A stretch of DNA of 64,000 nucleotides from NCBI GenBank assembly GCA_046351255.1, contig JAXLYU010000014.1, positions 251,730-315,729 on the forward strand. Direction: 5' to 3'. Positions 47,614 to 56,750 of the stretch are shown piece after piece. Position numbers and translations under genes: made by a program. The stretch's first letter is position 1. Each line of letters starts with the position of its first letter. Under the pieces are notes generated by a model. The model saw nothing but the letters and a program-made list of their open reading frames with translations. It was not told where the DNA came from and searched no databases. This DNA comes from Labilithrix sp. (GTDB lineage: Bacteria > Myxococcota_A > Polyangia > Polyangiales > Polyangiaceae).

Positions 47614-48711
47614 ATGATCTACGCGAGTGGCCTGTCGAAGCGTTACGGCTCGTACAAGGCGCTCGATGACGTCAGCTTCGAAGTCAACAAGGGAGAGGTC
47701 GTGGGATTCCTCGGGCCGAACGGCGCCGGGAAATCGACGACGATGCGCATCCTCACGTGCTTCATCTCGCCGACGGGCGGGACGGCCAAGGTGCGCGGTC
47801 ACGATGTCTTCGATGACACCCTCGCGGTCCGCGCCTCGCTCGGCTACCTGCCCCAGCGCGCTCCCCTCTACCTCGAGATGACGGTGCTGGAGTACCTCCA
47901 GTTCGCCGCGCGCATCCGCAACATCGATGCGTCGAAGTTCAAGGAGCGCGCCCGCGCCGTCGTCGAGATCTGCGGCCTCGCGCAGTCGCTGTCGAAGGAG
48001 ATCCGCCAGCTCTCTCACGGCTATCGCCAGCGCGTCGGCCTCGCGCAGGCCCTCATCCACGATCCGCCCATCCTCATCCTGGACGAGCCCACGTCGGACC
48101 TCGACCCGAACGAGCGCACCGAGTTTCTCAACTACCTCAAGCAGATCGGCAAGGACCGCACCGTCCTCCTGTCGACCCACAACTTGAAGGAAGTCGAAGC
48201 GGCCTGCGCGCGCGCGATCATCGTCTCTCGAGGTCGCGTCGTCGCCGACGGTCCGCTCGACGAGATCCGCGCCAAGTCCGGCCGCGTTCGCTACGTCGTC
48301 TCCGTTCAGGAGTCGACCGGCGAGTCGCCGTACCGCGGCCGCGGCCAGCTCCCGCGCCAGGCCGAGGTCGAGTCCGCGCTGAACAACCTCGCCGGCGTGA
48401 AGAAGGTCACCGAGCTCCCCACCGACGAGCGCGCGCACTCGTACGAGCTGTCCGGTGACGACGCCATCGATCTCCGCCCCGAGCTCTTCCGCCTCATCGC
48501 GGACAAGGGGTGGGTCCTCCTCGAGCTTCACCGCGATACGCAGACCCTCGAAGACGTGTTCCGCCACCTCACGATCGGTGACGAGCGCCGCAACCGCCAG
48601 CTCGGCGGCAAGGAAGCGCCTGCGCCCGTCGAGGACGAGGAAGACGAGGACGAGGAAGAAGACGAAGAGGACGAAGAAGAAGAGTCCGACGACGACGAGG
48701 AAGAAAAATGA
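47614..48711 (+). CDS. ABC-transporter ATP-binding protein (GldA-like, ABC-2 type) with a poly-acidic C-terminal tail
   Basis: Walker A GPNGAGKST. Signature LSHGYRQR. Walker B ILILDEPT. C-terminal EDEEDEDEEEDEEDEEEESDDDEEEK. The start was chosen at MIYASGL (a GTG at 47599 is also possible). Confidence 0.85.
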   Translation: MIYASGLSKRYGSYKALDDVSFEVNKGEVVGFLGPNGAGKSTTMRILTCFISPTGGTAKVRGHDVFDDTLAVRASLGYLPQRAPLYLEMTVLEYLQFAARIRNIDASKFKERARAVVEICGLAQSLSKEIRQLSHGYRQRVGLAQALIHDPPILILDEPTSDLDPNERTEFLNYLKQIGKDRTVLLSTHNLKEVEAACARAIIVSRGRVVADGPLDEIRAKSGRVRYVVSVQESTGESPYRGRGQLPRQAEVESALNNLAGVKKVTELPTDERAHSYELSGDDAIDLRPELFRLIADKGWVLLELHRDTQTLEDVFRHLTIGDERRNRQLGGKEAPAPVEDEEDEDEEEDEEDEEEESDDDEEEK

Positions 48712-49673
48712 GCTCCGAGACGATCGAGAAGGACGAGAAGAAGAAGAAGGCGCTCGCCGCGGCGGCGCGCGAAGAAGAGGAAGACGAAGAGGAGTCGGAC
48801 GAGGAAGAGTCCGACGACGACGAGTCGGACGAGGACGACGACGACGCGGCCACGCGGCCGATGAAGTCGAGCGACGTCGCCAGCGGATCGACCGGATCGA
48901 AGGAGAAGGTCGTCATCGACCGTCCGTCATCGCTCTCGATGATCTGGACGATCGCGCGGCGCGAGCTCGACGGCTACTTCAACTCCGTCATCACGTACAT
49001 CGTCATCTCGGCGAGCATGGTCGGTCTCGGCCTGTTCTTCTACATGTACAAGGGCGGCTTCTGGCAGGTCGACCGCGTCACCATGCAGCGCATGTTCGAC
49101 TTCCTGCCGTTCGCGCTCTGCGCCCTCGTGATCCCGCTGTTCACGATGCGCGCCCTCTCGGACGAGAAGCGCGTCGGTACGATCGAGCTCCTCATCACGA
49201 TGCCGGTGAAGGACTCCGAGGTCATCCTCGGCAAGTACGTCGCCGCGCTCGCCATCCTCACGGTGCAGCTGTTCCTCGTCGTGCTCTACCCGCTCGCGAT
49301 GTTCAAGTGGCCGTGGCACCTCGGCGAGCTCGACTGGGGCGCCTTCTGGGTCGGCATGCTCGGCTTGTTCTGCCTCTCCGCGACGGGCGTCGCGATGGGC
49401 CTGATGTACTCGAGCTTCACCGACAGCCAGATCCTCTCGTTCTTCGCGACGATGCTGACCCTGACCCTGCTCTACGCGATCGGTCAGGTCTCCGCCGTCG
49501 AATCTCTCCAGGGCTGGCCGGGCGACGCGATCGCCTTCATCAGCCTCCAGTCGCGCTTCGAGCCCTTCGCGCGCGGCCTCATCGATTCACGTGCGATCGT
49601 CTACTTCGTATCGATCGCCGTGCTTTGCCTGCTCGTCGCGTTCCACGCGCTCGAGCGCCGGAAGTGGAGCTGA
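48708..49673 (+). CDS. ABC-2 family permease (GldF-like) with a poly-acidic N-terminal extension
   Basis: Six predicted TM helices. N-terminal EEEEDEEESDEEESDDDESDEDDDD. Overlaps the ATPase stop. Confidence 0.8.
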   Translation: MSSETIEKDEKKKKALAAAAREEEEDEEESDEEESDDDESDEDDDDAATRPMKSSDVASGSTGSKEKVVIDRPSSLSMIWTIARRELDGYFNSVITYIVISASMVGLGLFFYMYKGGFWQVDRVTMQRMFDFLPFALCALVIPLFTMRALSDEKRVGTIELLITMPVKDSEVILGKYVAALAILTVQLFLVVLYPLAMFKWPWHLGELDWGAFWVGMLGLFCLSATGVAMGLMYSSFTDSQILSFFATMLTLTLLYAIGQVSAVESLQGWPGDAIAFISLQSRFEPFARGLIDSRAIVYFVSIAVLCLLVAFHALERRKWS

Positions 49674-49679
49674 TCCGCC

Positions 49680-51539
49680 ATGGCCATGGAACGTAAGAAG
49701 AAGGCCGCCACCGAGAGCGGCGCCCTCCTGTTCATCATCGCCGCGATCGTCGTCGGCGTGAACACGCTCAGCTACTTCATGTACGTCCGCAAGGACATGA
49801 CGAAGGCCGAGAAGTACACGCTGTCCGAGGGCAGCGGTCGCCTCATCCGCTCGATCAAAGACGGCGAGCAGATCAAGGTCGACGCCTACGTCACGAAGGG
49901 TCTGCCGAAGCTCGACGCCTTCGTGCGCGACCTTCGCGACCTCCTCCAGCAGTACAAGGACGCGGGCAAGGGCAAGTTCGACTACACGATCATCGAGCCC
50001 AAGACCGAAGAGGAGCGCAAGAAGGCGGAAGAAGCCGGCCTCCAGAAGCTCCAGCGCGTCGAAGGCTCGGACACGGAAGACAAGGCGGAAGTGGCCCAGG
50101 GCTACATGGGCCTCGTCTTCACCTACAAGACCCAGCGCGAGAAGATCCCGGTCCTCTCGCCCGACAACAACACGGGCCTCGAGTTCTGGATCACGAACAA
50201 GATCCGCGAGCTCAAGGACGCGGGCGACAAGACGAAGCACAAGCTCGGCGTCATGACCGGCCACGAGGAGATCAAGCTCTCCGAGCCGAACCTCGTCCCG
50301 GGCCAGGGCCGTCAGGGTGGTCCGACCATCCAGGCCATCATCGGCCAGTACTTCCCGTTCTACGAGATCAAGGACGTCGATCTGAAGAACGGCGACGCCG
50401 AGATCGACGAGTCGCTCGACGGCCTACTCATCACGCAGCCGAACAAGGAGTTCACCGAGAAGGAGCTCCGCCGCATCGACCAGTTCGTGATGCGCGGCAA
50501 GTCGCTCGCGATCCTCGCCTCCGCCGTCAACACGAAGGCGGGCGACGCGACGATGAACGCGAAGCTCGACACGCACGGCCTCGAGAAGCTCACCGAGGGC
50601 TACGGCATCATCATGCACAAGGACGTCGTCCTCGACTTCGGGCGCTCCTTCCGCGTCCGCGTCGACACGATGACGGGCCCGCGCACGATGATCTTCCCGC
50701 AGATCCTCGACGTCCGCGAGGACTCGCGCTTCACGGGTGACGAGGTCCTCCTCGACACGAGCTTCGCCGCGTTCTTCCGCATCCCGCAGGCGTCGTTCCC
50801 GTTCGCTTCGTCCCTCGAGATCAAGAAGGACAAGCAGCCCCAGCTCGGCGACAAGCTCCGCGCGATCGCGCACTCGACGCCGGCCGCCATCGTCGAGACT
50901 GGCGACACGGTCGACCTCAAGCCCGCGCGCCAGTGGCGTCCGAAGGGCAACTTCCAGCAGTTCACGCTCGCCGCGGCCGCGGAGGGCAAGCTCAAGACGG
51001 CGTTCCCGACGGGCGACAAGATGGGCGTCGAGACGCCGGCCGAGGCGGCGAACAACGCGCGCGTACTCGTCCTCTCGTCCGCGCAGTTCTTCGCCAATCC
51101 GTTCGTTCGCTCGGGCCAGGGCCCGGACATGGGCGGTCAGATGGCGATGATGATGGGCAACGCAGGCGGCGACGAGTTCCTCAACTCGGTCGCAGGCCCG
51201 TACGTTCAGCTCATCGGCACCACGTTCATCCTCCAGACGAAGAACCTCCTCGACTGGATGACGGGTGACGTCGACCTGCTCGCCGCTTCCGCCAAGATCC
51301 TCCAGGAGCCGAACCTCGCGTACGGCGACGTCGTGAAGCCGAAGGCCGGCGAGGAGATGACGGAAGAGCAGCTCAAGAAGGAAGAAGACCGCATCAAGAA
51401 GGAGCGCAAGACGAAGCAGTACTGGATCGAGGGCACCATGACCCTCGGCATCCCGCTGCTCTTCATCGCCGTCGGCGTCCTCCTCTGGCAGGTCCGCGAA
51501 GGCCGCCGCAAGAACGCGGTCGCACTCCTCCAAGCGTAA
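49680..51539 (+). CDS. GldG-family ABC-associated auxiliary protein
   Basis: N- and C-terminal TM anchors flanking a large periplasmic domain, as in GldG. Follows the ABC-2 permease. Confidence 0.75.
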   Translation: MAMERKKKAATESGALLFIIAAIVVGVNTLSYFMYVRKDMTKAEKYTLSEGSGRLIRSIKDGEQIKVDAYVTKGLPKLDAFVRDLRDLLQQYKDAGKGKFDYTIIEPKTEEERKKAEEAGLQKLQRVEGSDTEDKAEVAQGYMGLVFTYKTQREKIPVLSPDNNTGLEFWITNKIRELKDAGDKTKHKLGVMTGHEEIKLSEPNLVPGQGRQGGPTIQAIIGQYFPFYEIKDVDLKNGDAEIDESLDGLLITQPNKEFTEKELRRIDQFVMRGKSLAILASAVNTKAGDATMNAKLDTHGLEKLTEGYGIIMHKDVVLDFGRSFRVRVDTMTGPRTMIFPQILDVREDSRFTGDEVLLDTSFAAFFRIPQASFPFASSLEIKKDKQPQLGDKLRAIAHSTPAAIVETGDTVDLKPARQWRPKGNFQQFTLAAAAEGKLKTAFPTGDKMGVETPAEAANNARVLVLSSAQFFANPFVRSGQGPDMGGQMAMMMGNAGGDEFLNSVAGPYVQLIGTTFILQTKNLLDWMTGDVDLLAASAKILQEPNLAYGDVVKPKAGEEMTEEQLKKEEDRIKKERKTKQYWIEGTMTLGIPLLFIAVGVLLWQVREGRRKNAVALLQA

Positions 51540-51549
51540 GGAAAACGAG

Positions 51550-52599
51550 ATGAGCTCCAGCACGAAGCTTTACGTGGGCGTGATCGTCCTCGCCGGTCTC
51601 GGCGGGGCGATCTACATGGCGCAGAAGAAGGACAAGGAGATCGGCTCGACGACGACGTCGGCGGCCGAGCTCCCCGAGATCAAGGCGCCTGACGACATCG
51701 ACAAGGTCGTCATCCAGAACGGCGAGAAGACCGAGGTCACCCTCGAGAAGAAGGGCGACAAGTGGGAGATGACGAAGCCCGTCAACGCTCCCGCGAATCA
51801 GTCCAACGTCGACTCGGTGGTGAAGAACCTGAAGGAGCTGAAGGCGAAGGAGGTCATCCTTCCGACGCCGACGGAGGACTCCAAGAAGGACTACGACTTC
51901 ACCAAGGAGAAGCAGGTCCACGTCCAGGCCTTCAAGGGCTCGGAGAAGAAGACCGACATCACCTTCGGTGGCTCGGGTCAGCGCGGTCAGATGGCGACGA
52001 TCGACGGCAAGCAGCCGATCTACGGCGTCACCGGCTACTCGTCCTACCTCTACACGCGCGACGTGAAGGGCTTCCGCGAGACGGAGATCTTCAAGTTCGA
52101 CGACGCGAACGCGAACTCCCTCGTGATCGAGAAGAAGGGTGAGAAGAAGCCCGAGGTCCTCTCGTTCACGAAGGACGGCGATCACTGGGCCGGTACGTTC
52201 AACGGCAAGGCGATCGAGCGCTTCGACGAAGACAAGGTGAAGGACGCGGTCCGCGCGTTCAAGTCGCTCACCGCGGACGACTTCGGCGACGGCAAGACGG
52301 AGGCCGAGACGGGCCTCGACGAGCCGGACGCGAAGGTCACGATCAAGCTGAAGGACGGCGCGGGTCAGTACGCGTTCCGCGTGGGCAAGGTGGCGAACGG
52401 CACCACGCGCTACGCGAAGCGCGAGGACTCGCCGACGATCTACACGCTCCCCGCGTTCACCGCCGACTGGGCGGTCGCGCCCGAGTCGAAGTTCCAGAAG
52501 GCGGCCGACGCCGGCGCGCCGAAGGACGGCGGCGCCAAGAAGGCGGGCGGCGACGACCACGGCGATCCGCACGGTCACGGCGATCCGCACGGTCACTGA
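51550..52599 (+). CDS. DUF4340-like periplasmic protein with a His-rich C-terminus
   Basis: N-terminal TM helix. K/E-rich beta-domain repeats. C-terminal DDHGDPHGHGDPHGH. DUF4340 proteins commonly follow GldG homologs. Confidence 0.65.
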   Translation: MSSSTKLYVGVIVLAGLGGAIYMAQKKDKEIGSTTTSAAELPEIKAPDDIDKVVIQNGEKTEVTLEKKGDKWEMTKPVNAPANQSNVDSVVKNLKELKAKEVILPTPTEDSKKDYDFTKEKQVHVQAFKGSEKKTDITFGGSGQRGQMATIDGKQPIYGVTGYSSYLYTRDVKGFRETEIFKFDDANANSLVIEKKGEKKPEVLSFTKDGDHWAGTFNGKAIERFDEDKVKDAVRAFKSLTADDFGDGKTEAETGLDEPDAKVTIKLKDGAGQYAFRVGKVANGTTRYAKREDSPTIYTLPAFTADWAVAPESKFQKAADAGAPKDGGAKKAGGDDHGDPHGHGDPHGH

Positions 52600-52632
52600 G
52601 GCGCGAGCCAGAGCGGGATCAGGGATCAGCCT

Positions 52633-53295
52633 CTACGGCGCTTCCGGGTCCTGCTGGCAGCACGAGCCTGGCAACGGCGGCGGGGTCGTGCGGGTACAGA
52701 CGGTGTGACAGCGGTCCTCGCCGCAGCTGGCCGAGGACTCGCTGGCAGACGCGAGCGCGCCGCTCGAGCAGTGAATCACGATGTCGCGCGCCTCGACGGC
52801 GAATCCGATGTCCTTGCCGCAGTACCAGATGTCGGTCGCCGTTTTGTCCGGGCAGTTCGCGCACTGGCTCGGCGTCGACCCGTTGACCGACGCGCACCCC
52901 ATCGCGCAGTGACGAACACAGGTCGCCGTCCCTTCGGAATCGCATTCGATGAGGTCGGTGGGCTCGAGCCCTTTGGGAACGGACGGAAGCTCGCTCGCGC
53001 AGATCGATCGCTTGGAGGTGGTGCAGTCGAGGTTGTTGAAGTCGACCTGCGGGTCGCAGGGGGGTGGATACGCCGTGGACGAGCCGCTGCTGCTCGAGCT
53101 CGTCGAGCTGGTAGCCGCATCGCCGCTCGAGGAGGAACCGCTCGCACCGCTCGTGCTCGATGCGCCGCTGCTCGAGCCGTCGGGGGCAGCGGCATCGGCG
53201 ACGGGATCCTCCGTGGAGCCGTAATCGGTGCAGTGAAGCAACGTCGCGAACGCGAACGCGAACCCGAGCGGTACGATGACGGTCGAGCGAATCAT
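52633..53295 (-). CDS. Cys-rich secreted protein, tandem family member 1
   Basis: Signal peptide. S/G-rich linker. ~115-aa domain with 16 Cys including CVRHCAMGCA...WYCGKD...SCC. Confidence 0.65.
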   Translation of the reverse strand: MIRSTVIVPLGFAFAFATLLHCTDYGSTEDPVADAAAPDGSSSGASSTSGASGSSSSGDAATSSTSSSSSGSSTAYPPPCDPQVDFNNLDCTTSKRSICASELPSVPKGLEPTDLIECDSEGTATCVRHCAMGCASVNGSTPSQCANCPDKTATDIWYCGKDIGFAVEARDIVIHCSSGALASASESSASCGEDRCHTVCTRTTPPPLPGSCCQQDPEAP

Positions 53296-53984
53296 GGAAC
53301 GCAGCACGCGGGGCGGGCGGAGTTGACCTCGATCGGCGTCGGGCACTGGGACGCGCACTTGTTGGCGCCGCACTTGGCGGACTCGACCTGCTTGTGCTTG
53401 TCGCAGTGGACGGCCATGCCGTTGTCGAGGCCCTTCCAGTCACCCTTGAGGTCCTTCGTGCAGTACCAGCCGTCTTCCTTGTCGAAGCACTCGTCGCACG
53501 AGTCGTTGTAGCCGGCGGGCATCTCTGCGCAGCCGTGCGGGCAATGGCGCACGCAGATGGGCGTGCCCGAGCCGGTGCAATCGATGAGGTCCGACGCCTT
53601 GGCCGCGCCCTGGAGGAGCCCGGGCTCCGAGCCGCAGTTCGGACGCGTGTACTTGCCGTTCGCGGGCGTGGTGCAGTTGATCTGCGTTCGATCGAACGCC
53701 TCGTCGCACGGCGGCGGGATGACGGTCGCGGCGCCGCTGCTCGACGAGGCGCCGCCGGTGCTCGAGGAGCTCGAGTCGCCGCTCGAGGAGCTCGACGAGC
53801 TCGAGTCACCGCTCGAGGAGCCCGAGGTCGGTCTGCGGCCGCCGCCGTCCGGCTTCGCGTCGTCGTCATCGTCGCCGATCGCGCCTGCACCCGGCGCATC
53901 GTCGAAGCTGACGAGGAACGTGCAGCCCGCCACGAACGCGATCGTGGCCGCCGTGCCGAGCACCAGCGGGAGCTTCGGGCGCAT
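53292..53984 (-). CDS. Cys-rich lipoprotein, tandem family member 2
   Basis: Lipobox VAGC followed by the conserved TFLVSFDD. Poly-Ser acidic linker. CVRHCPHGCAEMPAGYNDSCDECF...WYCTKD...ACC. Confidence 0.7.
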   Translation of the reverse strand: MRPKLPLVLGTAATIAFVAGCTFLVSFDDAPGAGAIGDDDDDAKPDGGGRRPTSGSSSGDSSSSSSSSGDSSSSSTGGASSSSGAATVIPPPCDEAFDRTQINCTTPANGKYTRPNCGSEPGLLQGAAKASDLIDCTGSGTPICVRHCPHGCAEMPAGYNDSCDECFDKEDGWYCTKDLKGDWKGLDNGMAVHCDKHKQVESAKCGANKCASQCPTPIEVNSARPACCVP

Positions 53985-54054
53985 AGGTGGGCAAGCCTAG
54001 CTCCATCCGCCAGAACCGCACGTTCTGGCTGGCGATTGCGCCGCTAACGCAGAA

Positions 54055-54681
54055 TTACTGGCAGCACGCAGGCGAGGCGCTGCCCGTCGTGCACTTCGTG
54101 GCGCAGGCGGTGGCGGTGTCCGAGCAGTTGGTGTGCTCCGCCTTTCGGCCGTCCGCGCAGCGGATCGCGAAGACCGCGTTCTTTGGATCCCAGTTGCGGA
54201 AGTCCTTCGCGCAGTACGTCCCGTTCGGCTTTCCGAAGCAGTCGTCGCACTGATCTGGAAAGCCGCTCGGCATCTCCGCGCAGCCATTCGGGCAGTGTCG
54301 CACGCACTGCGGTTGCTTCTCGGCGTCGCACTCGACGAGATCGTCCGGCTCGATGCCAGTGACCCCGGGCTCGCTCCCGCACTCCGCCCGCGTGTAATTC
54401 CCGCAGCTGATGTCGCCGAGCGTGACGGTGCCATCGCAGTCGGGCGGGAACTTCTCGACCGTGCCGCTGCTGCTCGACGAGGAGGAGCTCGACGACGTGT
54501 CACCGCTGCTTCCCGAGCTGGTGCTCGAGCTCGACGAGCTCGACGACGAGCGTCCGCGTCCCGCGTCGACCGTGCCCTCGTCCGCGGGCTCACCCGCGCT
54601 CGGCACATCGTCGAACGACACGAGGAACGTGCAGCCCGCGGCACACGCCGCGACGACGGTCGCGAGCACGAGCGACTTCAT
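54055..54681 (-). CDS. Cys-rich lipoprotein, tandem family member 3
   Basis: Lipobox AAGC plus TFLVSFDD. Poly-Ser linker. CVRHCPNGCAEMPSGFPDQCDDCF...YCAKD...ACCQ. Confidence 0.7.
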   Translation of the reverse strand: MKSLVLATVVAACAAGCTFLVSFDDVPSAGEPADEGTVDAGRGRSSSSSSSSSTSSGSSGDTSSSSSSSSSSGTVEKFPPDCDGTVTLGDISCGNYTRAECGSEPGVTGIEPDDLVECDAEKQPQCVRHCPNGCAEMPSGFPDQCDDCFGKPNGTYCAKDFRNWDPKNAVFAIRCADGRKAEHTNCSDTATACATKCTTGSASPACCQ

Positions 54682-55346
54682 TCTTTGGTGTTCTGGCAAC
54701 ACGAGCCCTTCAGCGGGGGCGGGCTCGTGCGCGTGCACTTGGTGTGGCAGTAGCCGACGCCGCAGGCGCCGGGTGAGGAGTTGCCGCTCTCAGCCAGGCC
54801 GTTGACGACCCTGCCGTTTTTGCACGCATACGCGATGTCGTGCGCCTTGGTCTCCCACTGCGTGTCTTTCCCGCAGTACCAGATCTCGACTTCCGCGGGG
54901 TCCTTGCAGTTTGCACATTGATCCGGAAAGCCGGATGGGTTCCGCGCGCAGCCCATCGTGCAGTGGAAGATGCAGACGGGCGCCTCCCCCTGGCACTGCG
55001 TGAGGTCGTCTTCGGCCCCGGCCAGGTCGCAATAGAAGCCGTCCGCCTTGCCCGCGCAGTTGGCGGCGCCGAGGTTCGACTTGTCGCACGCGGGCGGGTA
55101 GACCGCGCCGCTCGAGGAGCTCGACGACGAGCTGCTGCTCGAGGACTCGCCGCTGCTGCTGCTCGAGGACTCGCCGCTGCTGCTGCTGCTCGAGCTGCTC
55201 GGCTTGCGGCCCGAGTCGACGGTGTCGTCGTCGTCGTCCGGCGCCGCGCCCGCATCGGGCACGTCATCGAACGAGACGAGCAACGTGCAGCCGACCGCGC
55301 CCAGGGTGAAGGCGGCGCTGAGGGTGAGCGCGAGCACGGGACGCAT
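54678..55346 (-). CDS. Cys-rich lipoprotein, tandem family member 4
   Basis: Lipobox AVGC plus TLLVSFDD. Poly-Ser linker. CIFHCTMGCARNPSGFPDQCANC...WYCGKD...SCCQ. Confidence 0.65.
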   Translation of the reverse strand: MRPVLALTLSAAFTLGAVGCTLLVSFDDVPDAGAAPDDDDDTVDSGRKPSSSSSSSSGESSSSSSGESSSSSSSSSSSSGAVYPPACDKSNLGAANCAGKADGFYCDLAGAEDDLTQCQGEAPVCIFHCTMGCARNPSGFPDQCANCKDPAEVEIWYCGKDTQWETKAHDIAYACKNGRVVNGLAESGNSSPGACGVGYCHTKCTRTSPPPLKGSCCQNTKE

Positions 55347-55643
55347 CGACTCGAATTCTAGCGTACGGGAGGGGTCGTCGCTCATTTCCCGAGGTCGAGA
55401 ATCAGGTGGGCCGTTTCGCGGCCATTTCCTCGACAAAGCACGTGAATCTCGTTGTCGCGGCTCAGGCCCGCGACACGCCTCGAGGACGACCGCGTCGACC
55501 TCATCGAGGGCGCAGGCGCAGCCGCCGAGCCGGTCGCACGCCCAGCGTCTCATCTATCCACATGAGAATGGCGTGTATCGGTCGCGGCGCACGACATCTG
55601 TGCGGGTTCTCCGTCCCCTTGGGTGTGCTAACTAGGCGTATCG

Positions 55644-56705
55644 ATGGATCTCTTCGGACACCTCAAGGCCTACGACTACGGTGAAGTTCACTTCAAGCAC
55701 GACAAGGCGTCGGGGCTGAAGGCCATCATCGCGATCCACGACTCGCGGCTCGGCCCCGCGCTCGGCGGCTGCCGCTTCCTCCCGTACGACACCGACGAGC
55801 AGGCGGTCATCGACGCGCTCCGCCTCGCGCGCGGCATGACGTACAAGGCGGCCATCACCGGCCTCGCGCACGGCGGCGGCAAGAGCGTGCTCATCCGCCC
55901 GAAGCAGCATTTCGACCGCGTCGCGATGTTCCGCGCGTTCGGCAAGTTCGTCGACGACCTCGGAGGCCACTACATCACCGCGGAAGACAGCGGCACCGGC
56001 CTCGAGGACATGGACGTGATGCGCACGGTGACGAAGCACGTCACCGGCGTCGGCCCGCAGTACGGCGGCTCGGGCGACCCGTCGCCGTTCACCGCGCTCG
56101 GCGTTCGTCGCGGCATCGAGGCGTGCGTGAAGTTCCTCCTCAAGAAGGACTCGCTCCAGGGCGTGCACGTCGCGGTGCAGGGCGTCGGCCATGTCGGCTA
56201 CCACCTCTGCAAGGAGCTGCATGCTTCCGGCGCCACCATCTCCGTCGCCGACGTCGACCCGCTGAAGAGCGAGCGCGCGCAGCGCGAGTTCGGCGCGAAG
56301 ATCGTCCCCCTCGACGACATCTTCTCCATCGACTGCGACGTCGTCGCCCCGTGCGCGCTCGGCTCGGCGATGAACGATGTCTCCATCCCGAAGATCCGCG
56401 CGAAGATCGTCGCGGGCGCCGCGAACAACCAGCTCGCGGAGCCGCGCCACGGCGACGACCTCCACGCGCGCGGCATCCTCTACGCGCCGGACTACGCCAT
56501 CAACGCGGGCGGCCTCGTCAACGTGGCCCAGGAGGTCCTCGGGTACGACGCGGGGAAGAGCCGCGAGAAGACGATGCAGATCTTCGACACCATCTTCGAG
56601 ATCGCGGACCGCAGCGCCAAGACGGGCACCCCGACCTACCGCATCGCGGACATGATCGTCGAAGAGAAGCTCGCCAAGCACGGCCACGACCCCGCCTCGA
56701 AGTAG
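55644..56705 (+). CDS. ldh: Leucine dehydrogenase (Glu/Leu/Phe/Val dehydrogenase family)
   Basis: Near full-length similarity to Bacillus leucine dehydrogenase (KAIIAIHDSRLGPALGGCRF...GGGKSV...VQGVGHVGYHL...GAANNQL). Confidence 0.9.
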   Translation: MDLFGHLKAYDYGEVHFKHDKASGLKAIIAIHDSRLGPALGGCRFLPYDTDEQAVIDALRLARGMTYKAAITGLAHGGGKSVLIRPKQHFDRVAMFRAFGKFVDDLGGHYITAEDSGTGLEDMDVMRTVTKHVTGVGPQYGGSGDPSPFTALGVRRGIEACVKFLLKKDSLQGVHVAVQGVGHVGYHLCKELHASGATISVADVDPLKSERAQREFGAKIVPLDDIFSIDCDVVAPCALGSAMNDVSIPKIRAKIVAGAANNQLAEPRHGDDLHARGILYAPDYAINAGGLVNVAQEVLGYDAGKSREKTMQIFDTIFEIADRSAKTGTPTYRIADMIVEEKLAKHGHDPASK

Positions 56706-56725
56706 TCCACCGAACACGGCGAGGG

Positions 56726-56750
56726 CCACCTACTCGAAGAGGTGGCCTAG
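56726..56750. terminator. Possible bidirectional hairpin between convergent ldh and the downstream minus-strand gene
   Basis: GGCCACCT-actcgaag-AGGTGGCC, an 8-bp stem. It overlaps the last codons of the minus-strand gene. No clear U-tract. Confidence 0.3.

Noticed and set aside
52619-53899. 426-aa minus-strand ORF overlapping the first two Cys-rich lipoprotein genes in another frame
   Set aside because: Poly-R/A/T/S translation. The alternative frames give four mutually similar Cys-rich proteins with signal peptides.
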